A DNA stretch of 64,000 bases from Myxococcota bacterium (lineage in GTDB: Bacteria > Myxococcota_A > Bradymonadia > UBA7976 > UBA1532), in the NCBI GenBank assembly GCA_963169045.1, contig CAUJDF010000105.1, positions 9,086 through 73,085 of the forward strand. Reading direction: 5' to 3'. Shown here one piece after another: positions 23,764 through 32,063 of the stretch (within the stretch, counting starts at the first letter, position 1; the number at the start of each line of letters is the position of its first letter). The position numbers and the translations under genes are program-made. The notes under the pieces are model-generated. The model was not told where the DNA came from, searched no databases, and saw nothing but the letters and a program-made list of their open reading frames with translations.

Positions 23764-25002
23764 ATGGGTGTGTCTTCTCGGCGTCTCGCGGTGTGGACCG
23801 GCGGCGCCCTGGTCTTCTGGATGGCGTCCGGCTGCGGCGAGACGTCGAGGGAAGCGGCAGACGGCGCGCCGTCCGCCGACGCGCGGACGGTGGACGGCGG
23901 CGCCGCGGCGTCGGACGCGGACCGCGGCGACGACGCGGCGCGCGCAGCCGACGCCGGCGCCATGGTCCCCGCCGACGGGGCCACGACGAGCGACGCGGCG
24001 CCCGCGGCCGACGCGGCGCCCGAGCCCGACGCGGCGCCCGCGTCCGACGCGGCGCCCGAGCCCGACGCGGCGCCGGCGGCGGACGGCGGCCCCGCGCCGC
24101 CGCCCTGCGAGCTCGGACCGGACGCGCCGCTTGTCCTGCTCTACGCCTCCGTAGGCGGCGACGACAACCTGCGCTTCCTGCACGACGACTGCGCCGCCGA
24201 GGTCGTCGTCGGCGAGAAGCGCGCCGCCGGACCGCGCAGCGTCATGAAGCGCCCCGCGGCGCGCGCGATGGGCGGCCGCACCGGCTTCGTCTCCGATCTG
24301 TTCGGCCGCCGCATCGCCGAGGCCCTGCGCCGCGAGGACGGCGTGCAGCGCACGGCGGCGGAGTTCCGGGCCATCCTCGACGCCGGCTACGACTACATCA
24401 TCATCGACGAGATCACCGCCGCCGCCGACTGGGCCGACGGCGCCCTCGTCAACCAGCGCTTCCGCCGCCTGCTCGAGGTCCTGCCGCCGCGGAAGGTCAT
24501 CGCCTACGTCAGCCTGGATCTGACGATGGCGGCCGACGGCGGCGCGCGCATGAACGACCGCCGGCAGCTGTTGTATGCGCTGCTGCAGCGCGGGCGCGCC
24601 ATCGCGCTCGAGGTGTATCTGCACACGGGGCAGGTGCGTGCCGGCCAGGCGCCCGACGCGCTCCGGCGCGCCGCCGTCCGCCTGCGCAACGCGGTGCTCG
24701 ACCTGCCCGGCGGCGGGCACGTCAACCGGCGCGCGATCACCGTGCTCGGTCTGTCGATGCACGAGCCTTCGCCCTACGACTACCTCGACGATCCGCGCCA
24801 CGACCTCGCCGCGGTCCGCACCCAGGCGCGCACGCTGCGCACGTTCGGCGCGCTGCTGCCGGAGCAGCGCGGCATCGGCTACTACTTCGTGAGCCATTCC
24901 GACATCGTGCCCGCCGCGGGCGCGCCCTATGACTTCGACGATCTGATCGACGTCATCGCCGAGGAGGCACACCTCTCGGCGCTGGCGGCTGGCGGGGAGT
25001 GA
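23764..25002 (+). CDS. Lipoprotein with a Asp/Ala/Pro-rich linker, hypothetical, 412 aa.
   Basis: LVFWMASGC has a lipobox. The linker (DAAPEPDAAPASDAAPEPDAAPAAD) comes from 24-bp DNA repeats at about 23990-24080. SD GAGGG precedes it. Confidence 0.7.
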   Translation: MGVSSRRLAVWTGGALVFWMASGCGETSREAADGAPSADARTVDGGAAASDADRGDDAARAADAGAMVPADGATTSDAAPAADAAPEPDAAPASDAAPEPDAAPAADGGPAPPPCELGPDAPLVLLYASVGGDDNLRFLHDDCAAEVVVGEKRAAGPRSVMKRPAARAMGGRTGFVSDLFGRRIAEALRREDGVQRTAAEFRAILDAGYDYIIIDEITAAADWADGALVNQRFRRLLEVLPPRKVIAYVSLDLTMAADGGARMNDRRQLLYALLQRGRAIALEVYLHTGQVRAGQAPDALRRAAVRLRNAVLDLPGGGHVNRRAITVLGLSMHEPSPYDYLDDPRHDLAAVRTQARTLRTFGALLPEQRGIGYYFVSHSDIVPAAGAPYDFDDLIDVIAEEAHLSALAAGGE

Positions 25003-25007
25003 CGACG

Positions 25008-28000
25008 ATGGGAAGCGGCCTTCGAAGAGCGTCGGTCGTCTGCGCGGTGGTGGTCTCGGCCGGCACGGCGGGCGCCACGCCCGAGTTCGTGAACCACGTC
25101 CGCCTGTTCGAAGTGACGCAGCCCGGCGGCCTCGTGCGCAGCGTGCCGGCCGTGGAGATGTCGCGGACCGCCGCCGAGTTCTACGACTACCGCAGCGCAT
25201 CGAGCCACACCGGCTTCGAGCGGGCGCGGCGCTCGCTCCTCTTCTTGCACCGCGATCTGCGCGACGACCGGCTGAGCCTCGTGATCACCCATGGCATCGA
25301 CGGCATGGGTCAGCCGGCGGCGGAGCGACAGCCGACCGCCCGCGTCGACTTCGACCTCGAGGGGGTGCCGCCCGGCGCGGTCGTCGCCGCCGCCGACGAC
25401 GACGCCGGCGAGCTCCAACTCGGGCGCGATCCCGAGGGCCGATGGGACTTCGCCGACAACACGGACGGCGGTGTGATCGCCGGCCTGCCGATCGACGCCG
25501 ACTGGGCGATCACCATCGCGGCGCAGTTCATCACCGGCATCGACGCGTGGGCCTACCACTTCGCCGATGGCACCAGCGTCGAGCTCGATCTCGCGCAGCC
25601 GGTGACGATCCGGTCGCGCGGCGCGTCGGTGCGCGACGGCGAGATCCGCAGCGACGAGGGCACGCCCATCACGCTGTGCGTCCTCGCGACCGACGCCCGC
25701 GCCGACGTGGACCTCCTCTTCTATGCCATCGACTGGGCCGACGGCAGCGTGCCGACGCGCGACACCGCGCCCCCGGGGACGCTCCACTGCGCCGAGCACA
25801 CCTACGCCGACGACGCGCGGTATGCCATCCGCGTGACCGCGGGCAACGCGTTCAACGAGGAGGCGGCCAAAGAGGTGCCGGCCCTCATCGCCAACGTCGT
25901 GCCGACGGTGGCGGCCGGCGGGCCGTACGACGGCGACGAGGGCGAAGCGGTGCTGCTGCGCGCGTCGCTCGTGGCCGATCCCGGCGCGGGCGACACGCAC
26001 CGCGTGCGTTGGGACTTCGACGCCGACGGCGTCTGGGACACCGCGCTCGACGACGCGCTCGCCGTCGAGCACCGCTTCCCGAACGACGGCGTGCATCGCG
26101 TGCGGGTGGAGATGCGGGACGACGACGACGGGGCCGGCACGGCGGAGACCGTGGTGACCGTCCGCAACCTGCCGCCCGCGTTCACGAGCGCGCCCCCGCT
26201 CACCGTGCACGTCGGACACACGTGGAGCTATGCGCCCACCGCGGCGGATCCCGGGGGCGACCCCGTGACCTTCGCCGTGCTCGACGCGCCCGCAGGTGTC
26301 GCGCTCGAAGACGGCGTCGTCCGTTGGACGCCCGCCGCGGTCGACGTCGGCGAGCACGCCTTCCAGCTCGTCGCGCTCGACGACGCGGACGGCGCCGCCG
26401 CGCAGGACGTGACGATCACCGTGCTCCCGAACGAGCCTCCGACGCCGGCGATCGAGCCCGCGCAGCCCGACGTCGGCGAGGGCGACCGGCTGGTCGTCGA
26501 CTCGTCGTCCACCCTCGATCCGGAGGGCGACGCGCTGACGTTCGCGTGGGCGTGCGAGGGCGGCCTGCCGATCGAGGCGGACGGCGCGCGCCTCGCCGTC
26601 GACGCCGCCGCGCTCGACGGGCCCGCCGAGCCCGCGGCGTTCCCGTGCCGGCTGACCGTCGACGACGGCACGAACGCGCCGGTCGTCGTGCCCTTCACGG
26701 TGCGTGTGCACAACGTCACGCCGGTCGTCGAGGCGGTCGAGGTCGTCGGCGCGGCGGAGGGGGCGCCCGCCGTGGTGCGCTTCCTCGCCGGCGACGCCGC
26801 CGCGGCCGACACCTTCACCTACGGCGTCGACTGCGACGACGACGGCACGCTCGATGTCATCGACGCCGACACGCCGGATCTGACGTGCACGTTCGCCGAC
26901 AGCGGCGAACACACGGTGACGGTGGTGGTCACCGACGACGACGGCGCTTCGGGCTCGGCGCGCAGTCTGCCGTTCGTGGTGGCCAACCGACCGCCCGTGA
27001 TCGAGGCGCCCGACTGTCCACCGGCGATCGAAGGCATCCCGCTCGCGCTGCCGGTGCACGTCTCCGATCCGGCCGGCGCGCGCGACACGGTCCGCTGCTC
27101 GCTGGCCGATCCGGTCCCCGAGGGGGTGGACGTCGACGCGGACCTCTGCGACGTGCGCTGGGTGCCGACCTACGCGCAGGCCGTCGCCGGCTCGGTCGTC
27201 TTCGAGTTCCGCGCCGCCGACGAGGACGGCGGGACGGCGGCGCTGCGCCTCGCGTGTCCGGTGCGCTACCTCGACGAGGACGGCGACGGCCTGCCCGACA
27301 CCTGGGCCGGCGACCACGGCCTGGCCGGCGGGTGCGACGACGACCCGGACGGTGACGGCCGGACCAACTGCGAGGAGTTCGACGGCGGCACCGATCCCAA
27401 CGCCTTCGAGGGCCCCGAAGCGCCGGTCCCCGTGGCGCCCGCGGACGGCGCCGTCGTCGACACCGCCACGCCGTCGCTCGTGGTGCGCGGCGGCGACGAC
27501 CCCTTCGGCCGGCCGCTGTCGTACGAGTACACCGTCTCCGCCGACGCCGACGGCGCCCGGACGGTCGTCACGTCGGACCTCGTGCCCGAGACGCCCGACG
27601 AGACGGCCTGGACGCTGCCCGCGGCGACGCTCGAGGAGGGGGCGACGTACTGGTGGTCGGCGCGCGCCCACGCCGGGCGCGCCTTCGGTCCCCCGTCGGC
27701 GCGGGTCGCGTTCACGGTCGACGCGGTGGACGAGGCGCCCTCCACGCCGACCATCCGGCGCCCCGAGGACGGCGATCGCGTGGCCGAGCGCGCGCCGTCG
27801 CTGGTCGTCGACGGCGCGGTGGACCCGGATCCCGACGACGCGCTGCGCTACGCGTGCGAGGTGGCGACCGACGCCGCCTTCGCCGACGTGGTGCGCGCGC
27901 CCGCCGGCGCCGGCACGCCCGCGACGCTGCCGATCGAGCCAGAGCTCGATGAAAACACGCGGTATTTCGCGCGCTGCCGCGCCGTCGACGCCGCGGGCAA

Positions 28001-28913
28001 CACGAGCGACTGGTCGGCGGTCGTCGGCTTCACCATCGACACCGGCAACGACGCGCCCTCGGCCCCGACGATCATCGCCCCCGAACACCGCGCCGTCGTC
28101 GGGACGCCCGAGGTCACGCTGGTCGCCGGCGCGGCGGACGACCCGGATGGCGATCCGCTGACGTACGCGTTCTGGGTGAGCGACGATCCCACGTTCCCGC
28201 CGGCGCGGACGCGCGCCTCCGACGAGCTGCCGGCCGCGGACGACGGGCGGGTGACCTGGACGGTGCCCGACGCGCTCCCCGACGAGACGCTGTGGTTCTG
28301 GCGGGTACGCGCGCGCGACGCCGACGCCGCCGGTCCCTTCGCCACGGCGCGCTTCCGCGTCGATCTCGGGAACGCCGCGCCCAGCGCGCCCGTTCCGCTC
28401 GAACCGGCGGCGGGCGCGACGGCGGGGGCGGCGCCGCGCTTCGTGTGGCAGGCGGCGACGGACCCCGAGGGCGAGGCGCTGACCTACCGCGTCGAGCTGT
28501 TCGCCGCGGGCGAGGCGGCCCCCATCTGGTCGACGGAGACGGGCGAGCTGACGGCCGGCCACCCGGGTGGTCTGTCGCCGGGTCCCCATGCCTGGCGCGT
28601 GCGGGCGACGGACGCCTCGGGCGCCGCCTCCGGCTGGTCGGCCGACACGCCGTTCGCCGTCGCCGGGCCGGCCGACGCGGGCCTCGATCCCGACGCGGGC
28701 GCCGCGGCGGATGCCATGCCCGACGCGGCGGCCGATGCGGCGTCCGACGCGGCGGCCGATGCGGCGTCCGATGCCACGTCAGACCCGCTCTCGGGGACCG
28801 GCGATGCGGCCGGCGCCGCCGCCGACGGGTGCGACTGCGACGCCGCCGGCGGCGCCGGCCCGTTCCCGCTCCTGCTGCTCGCGCTGCTCGGCGTCGCCCG
28901 CCGGCGCCGGTGA
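25008..28913 (+). CDS. Large secreted surface protein (1301 aa) with PKD-like, cadherin-like/Ig-like and fibronectin-III-like repeats and a C-terminal MYXO-CTERM sorting signal.
   Basis: Signal peptide MGSGLRRASVVCAVVVSAGTAGA. Repeated DPDGDPLTY / DPEGEALTY motifs. The C-terminus GCDCDAAGGAGPFPLLLLALLGVARRRR is a Cys motif plus TM plus Arg cluster, i.e. MYXO-CTERM. Confidence 0.8.
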   Translation: MGSGLRRASVVCAVVVSAGTAGATPEFVNHVRLFEVTQPGGLVRSVPAVEMSRTAAEFYDYRSASSHTGFERARRSLLFLHRDLRDDRLSLVITHGIDGMGQPAAERQPTARVDFDLEGVPPGAVVAAADDDAGELQLGRDPEGRWDFADNTDGGVIAGLPIDADWAITIAAQFITGIDAWAYHFADGTSVELDLAQPVTIRSRGASVRDGEIRSDEGTPITLCVLATDARADVDLLFYAIDWADGSVPTRDTAPPGTLHCAEHTYADDARYAIRVTAGNAFNEEAAKEVPALIANVVPTVAAGGPYDGDEGEAVLLRASLVADPGAGDTHRVRWDFDADGVWDTALDDALAVEHRFPNDGVHRVRVEMRDDDDGAGTAETVVTVRNLPPAFTSAPPLTVHVGHTWSYAPTAADPGGDPVTFAVLDAPAGVALEDGVVRWTPAAVDVGEHAFQLVALDDADGAAAQDVTITVLPNEPPTPAIEPAQPDVGEGDRLVVDSSSTLDPEGDALTFAWACEGGLPIEADGARLAVDAAALDGPAEPAAFPCRLTVDDGTNAPVVVPFTVRVHNVTPVVEAVEVVGAAEGAPAVVRFLAGDAAAADTFTYGVDCDDDGTLDVIDADTPDLTCTFADSGEHTVTVVVTDDDGASGSARSLPFVVANRPPVIEAPDCPPAIEGIPLALPVHVSDPAGARDTVRCSLADPVPEGVDVDADLCDVRWVPTYAQAVAGSVVFEFRAADEDGGTAALRLACPVRYLDEDGDGLPDTWAGDHGLAGGCDDDPDGDGRTNCEEFDGGTDPNAFEGPEAPVPVAPADGAVVDTATPSLVVRGGDDPFGRPLSYEYTVSADADGARTVVTSDLVPETPDETAWTLPAATLEEGATYWWSARAHAGRAFGPPSARVAFTVDAVDEAPSTPTIRRPEDGDRVAERAPSLVVDGAVDPDPDDALRYACEVATDAAFADVVRAPAGAGTPATLPIEPELDENTRYFARCRAVDAAGNTSDWSAVVGFTIDTGNDAPSAPTIIAPEHRAVVGTPEVTLVAGAADDPDGDPLTYAFWVSDDPTFPPARTRASDELPAADDGRVTWTVPDALPDETLWFWRVRARDADAAGPFATARFRVDLGNAAPSAPVPLEPAAGATAGAAPRFVWQAATDPEGEALTYRVELFAAGEAAPIWSTETGELTAGHPGGLSPGPHAWRVRATDASGAASGWSADTPFAVAGPADAGLDPDAGAAADAMPDAAADAASDAAADAASDATSDPLSGTGDAAGAAADGCDCDAAGGAGPFPLLLLALLGVARRRR

Positions 28914-28914
28914 G

Positions 28915-29886
28915 TCACAGCGGCCGCTGCCGTCGGTTCGACCGGCGTTGCTCGACCTGCGCCACGAGGAAGTCGACGACCCGCTCGAACGGGTCGAAGC
29001 CGAAGGCCTGCGCGATCGAAGGGCGCAGGTTGGAGTTGGCGTTCACATCGTAGAACACACGGCGGCCGTCGATGCCATCGAGGTACTCGATGCCACCGAC
29101 GTCGAGGCGCGCCGCCTGGACGACGCGCTTCGCCTGCTCGACGGCCTCGGCGGGCACCTCGGGGTAGGGGTAGAACTCGACGGGCGGCGCCTGCGTCGAT
29201 GGCAGTTCGCAGACGCCCTCGCCGCCGTCCTCGGGATTGCAGACCGGGGCGGGGCAGAGGTTGAAGCGGCCGTGGGAGACGACGCGCATGGCATACAGCA
29301 GCTCGCCGCCGAGGAACTCGAGGCGCACGATGCCGCGGGCGGGATCGGCGGGCACGTACTCCTGCACGAGCAACAGGTTGTCGGGCAGCCAGGTGTCCGG
29401 ACGCTCGGCGAGGATGCGCGCGACGTCGTCGACACCCTCGACGAGCTCGATGCGGGCGCCGCTGCCGCCCTGCTCGGGCTTGATGAGCGCCGGCCAGATC
29501 ATGTCGGCGGCCCGCGCCCGCAGGCCGTCGACGCTGTTGAACGCGATCGTCTTCGGCGTGGGCACGCCGATGCGGCGGAGCAAGGACGCCTGGGCCGACT
29601 TCGACAGCTCGAACGCGAAGACGTCGGCGCCGTTGAGCACGCGGGCGCCGGCGATCTCGAGCGAGCGCATGAAGGCGAGGGCGTAGGGGACGGCGCGCGT
29701 GTTGCCGCGGACGTACGCGCTCGGGCTCGCCTGGTTGAAGTAGACCGCCGCCTGCGGCACGTCGTCGTTGCCGAACGCGGCGGACTTCAGGTCGTAGGGG
29801 GCGAAGCGCACGCCGCGCCGCTCGAGGGCGGCGAAGAGCGGCTTCTGCCACTCGGGGTGCTCGTAGAGGACGACGACGTCGTACAT
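28915..29886 (-). CDS. ATP-grasp ligase, RimK/alpha-L-glutamate-ligase-like, with a Cys-containing insert (CPAPVCNPEDGGEGVC), 323 aa.
   Basis: ATP-grasp motifs are present (WPALIKPEQGGSGARIELVEG; LLLVQEYVP; GGIEYLDG). SD GGAGA precedes it. It is convergent with the MYXO-CTERM gene, with a 1-bp gap. Confidence 0.8.
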   Translation of the reverse strand: MYDVVVLYEHPEWQKPLFAALERRGVRFAPYDLKSAAFGNDDVPQAAVYFNQASPSAYVRGNTRAVPYALAFMRSLEIAGARVLNGADVFAFELSKSAQASLLRRIGVPTPKTIAFNSVDGLRARAADMIWPALIKPEQGGSGARIELVEGVDDVARILAERPDTWLPDNLLLVQEYVPADPARGIVRLEFLGGELLYAMRVVSHGRFNLCPAPVCNPEDGGEGVCELPSTQAPPVEFYPYPEVPAEAVEQAKRVVQAARLDVGGIEYLDGIDGRRVFYDVNANSNLRPSIAQAFGFDPFERVVDFLVAQVEQRRSNRRQRPL

Positions 29887-29956
29887 CGGATCTCCGGGTC
29901 GGGGTCTTCGCGGCGCATGGTAACCCCGGCGCGGCGCCGCACGCGACGTCGCCGCG

Positions 29957-30538
29957 TTGGCGCCGCGCCGCCACCCTGCTAGCGTGGCCGCCGTGAGCGC
30001 CCGACGCACCAAACGCCAGCGCGCCGCCGCGCCCGCGCCGCCGCCCGCGACGCAGGTCGCGGGGCTGGGCGGCGCGGCCCTGCTCCTCGTCGTGGGCCTC
30101 GTCCTCTGGTACGCCGGCGGCGGCGCCGCGCTGCAGCGACTGCTCGAGAACGGGCCGATCGCGACGATGACGCTCGGCGGCGCGGCGCTCGTGTTCGTCG
30201 CCGCGCTGTCCCGCGGGCGCAAGCTGGCCTCGCCGAAGCGCGCGCTCGGCGACGCGCTCCTCGCGGGCGCGTCGGCGGCGCTCTTCCTCGTCTCGGCGGC
30301 AGGGCTGGTCAACCGGCACTTCGATCCCTCGAAGGCGGCGACGGCGCGATCGGCGGTCGTCGGCGTGCACCCCGCGAAGCGAGGGCCCGACCAGATCGCC
30401 GTGGCGTGGAGGGGGGGCGCCGTGCGCATCCCCCGGGACCTGCTGGAGGGGTGTCCGAAGGGCGCGCCGGTCACCCTGTCGGTGCGGCGCGGCCTGCTGG
30501 GGGCGGCGTGGGTGGAGAGCGCGTCGTGTGACGAGTAG
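29957..30538 (+). CDS. Hypothetical membrane protein (about 3 TM helices) with a C-terminal soluble domain. The start is uncertain (TTG at 29957, or GTG at about 29984/29993).
   Basis: The hydrophobic segments are LGGAALLLVVGLVLWYAGG, MTLGGAALVFVAAL and ALLAGASAALFLVSAAGLV. It is divergent from the ATP-grasp gene, with a 70-bp spacer. Confidence 0.5.
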   Translation: MAPRRHPASVAAVSARRTKRQRAAAPAPPPATQVAGLGGAALLLVVGLVLWYAGGGAALQRLLENGPIATMTLGGAALVFVAALSRGRKLASPKRALGDALLAGASAALFLVSAAGLVNRHFDPSKAATARSAVVGVHPAKRGPDQIAVAWRGGAVRIPRDLLEGCPKGAPVTLSVRRGLLGAAWVESASCDE

Positions 30539-30703
30539 TGGGGTGCCCCCGAAGTTCCGCACGCTTCGTCGCGGCCCTCGGCCCCCAGGTCTGCGTTGGA
30601 CCTCCTCCGCGTAGGACAAGGCTACGCGTTCGTCGGCCCGCCTTGCCCTGGGGGCCGATGGCTCGCGCCTCGGGCGCGCGAACTTCGGGGGCACCCCCCT
30701 AGG
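30539..30703. repeat. About 165-bp imperfect palindrome exactly filling the space between two convergent gene ends. Outer arms are GGGGTGCCCCCGAAGTTC / GAACTTCGGGGGCACCCCCC; inner arms are GCCCTCGGCCCCCAGG / CCTGGGGGCCGATGGC.
   Basis: The reverse-complement match is read directly from the sequence. It is a candidate bidirectional terminator or a REP/MITE-like element. Confidence 0.5.
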
Positions 30704-31969
30704 CTAGTCGCAGACGTCGTCGAAGTTGCAACTGCCGGAGCAGCAGTCGCTCGAGAAGTCGCAGCTGTCGCCGGAGGAGATGCAGTCGTCACCGCCGCCG
30801 CCTTCGCCCCCCGAGCCGCCCGAGCCGCCGCCGGCGCCGCCGCCCGAGCCGCCGCCGTCCCCACCGGAACCGCCGCCGCCGCCGCCCTGACCGCCGCTGC
30901 CGCCCTGACCGCCGCCGCCGTTCGTGCAGAGGCCCCACTCGCGGTGGACGCAGATCTTGGCGTGGTTGCCGCTGTCGCCGAGCACGTCGGCGCAGACCCA
31001 GTTGCCGTCCTGGCTGCACGGATCACCGACGTCGGTGTTGCGCAGGCTGCTGCACATGAGCGTGCAGACGCACTCGCCGTTGCCGAAGTTGATGAACGTG
31101 CCGTCGCCGCAGTTCGTGGGCGCGCGGCCGTTGCATTCGTGGCCCATGCGGCCTTCGCCGCTCACGACGGCGTTCTGGCCGAGCGTGAAGTCGCCGTAGC
31201 ACTGATTGCCGCCGCCGCCGCCCGGGCCGCCGCCGCCGGCGCCGCCGCCCTGGCCGCCGCCGGCGCCGCCGCCCTGGCCGCCACCGGCGCCGCCGCCCTG
31301 GCCGCCGCCGGCGCCGCCGCCCTGGCCGCCGCCGGCGCCGCCGCCGAAGCCGCCACCGGCGCCGCCGCCCTGGCCGCCGCCGGCGCCGCCGCCCTGGCCG
31401 CCACCGGCGCCGCCGCCCTGGCCGCCACCGCCGCCGCCCTGCACGGCGACGCACTCGCCGGCCGCCTGGCCACCGCCGTCGCCGCCGTCGCCGCGGCCGG
31501 GACCGCCGCCACCGCCCGCGCCGCCGGCGCCGCCGCCCTGGCCGCCACCGGCGCCGCCGCCGAAGCCGCCACCGGCGCCGCCGCCAGCGCCGCCGCCGAA
31601 GCCGCCGCCGGCGCCGCCGCCGAAGCCGCCACCGGCGCCGCCACCCTCGCCGCCGAAGCCGCCGCCGGCGCCGCCGCCCTCGCCGCCGAAGCCGCCTTCG
31701 CCGCCGCTGCCGCCCGCGCCCCCGCCGCACTGCGCCGCGCACACCTCGGCACACTGCGGGAAGCCCGTCTGCTCGCACTCGGCGATGCACTGGGCCTCGC
31801 AGTCTCCGTTCTGCGCGGAGCGGAGGTTCGCGACGGAGCACCGAAAGCCCTGACCGCAGTCGCTGTTGTCGTTGCAGGGCTCACCGCCGCCACCGCCACC
31901 CCCGCCGCCGCAGGAGAGGGCCGTGAGCGCCACGGACAGGGACAGGAAACGCACGTATCTCGTCTGCAT
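30704..31969 (-). CDS. Lipoprotein with a very long Gly-rich low-complexity core ((GGGAGGGQ/F)n) flanked by Cys-rich N- and C-terminal modules, 421 aa.
   Basis: MQTRYVRFLSLSVALTALSCGG has a lipobox. 24-bp tandem DNA repeats (ggcgccgccgccctggccgccgcc) lie at about 31200-31700. Confidence 0.75.
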   Translation of the reverse strand: MQTRYVRFLSLSVALTALSCGGGGGGGGGEPCNDNSDCGQGFRCSVANLRSAQNGDCEAQCIAECEQTGFPQCAEVCAAQCGGGAGGSGGEGGFGGEGGGAGGGFGGEGGGAGGGFGGGAGGGFGGGAGGGAGGGFGGGAGGGQGGGAGGAGGGGGPGRGDGGDGGGQAAGECVAVQGGGGGGQGGGAGGGQGGGAGGGQGGGAGGGFGGGAGGGQGGGAGGGQGGGAGGGQGGGAGGGQGGGAGGGGPGGGGGNQCYGDFTLGQNAVVSGEGRMGHECNGRAPTNCGDGTFINFGNGECVCTLMCSSLRNTDVGDPCSQDGNWVCADVLGDSGNHAKICVHREWGLCTNGGGGQGGSGGQGGGGGGSGGDGGGSGGGAGGGSGGSGGEGGGGDDCISSGDSCDFSSDCCSGSCNFDDVCD

Positions 31970-32014
31970 GGGTCACCCCGGGTCGATGTGTGTCTCGTGA
32001 GTTGGCGGGGGCGC

Positions 32015-32043
32015 ACCATATCGGGGCGCCGAATAGCTGGCAA
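32015..32043 (-). promoter_or_regulatory. Candidate sigma70-like promoter for the Gly-rich lipoprotein gene. On the minus strand it reads -35 TTGCCA, a 17-nt spacer, then -10 TATGGT.
   Basis: Read on the minus strand about 45 nt upstream of the ATG. The local dip in GC supports it. Confidence 0.3.
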
Positions 32044-32063
32044 TGGCTAAAGATGGGTCCCGA

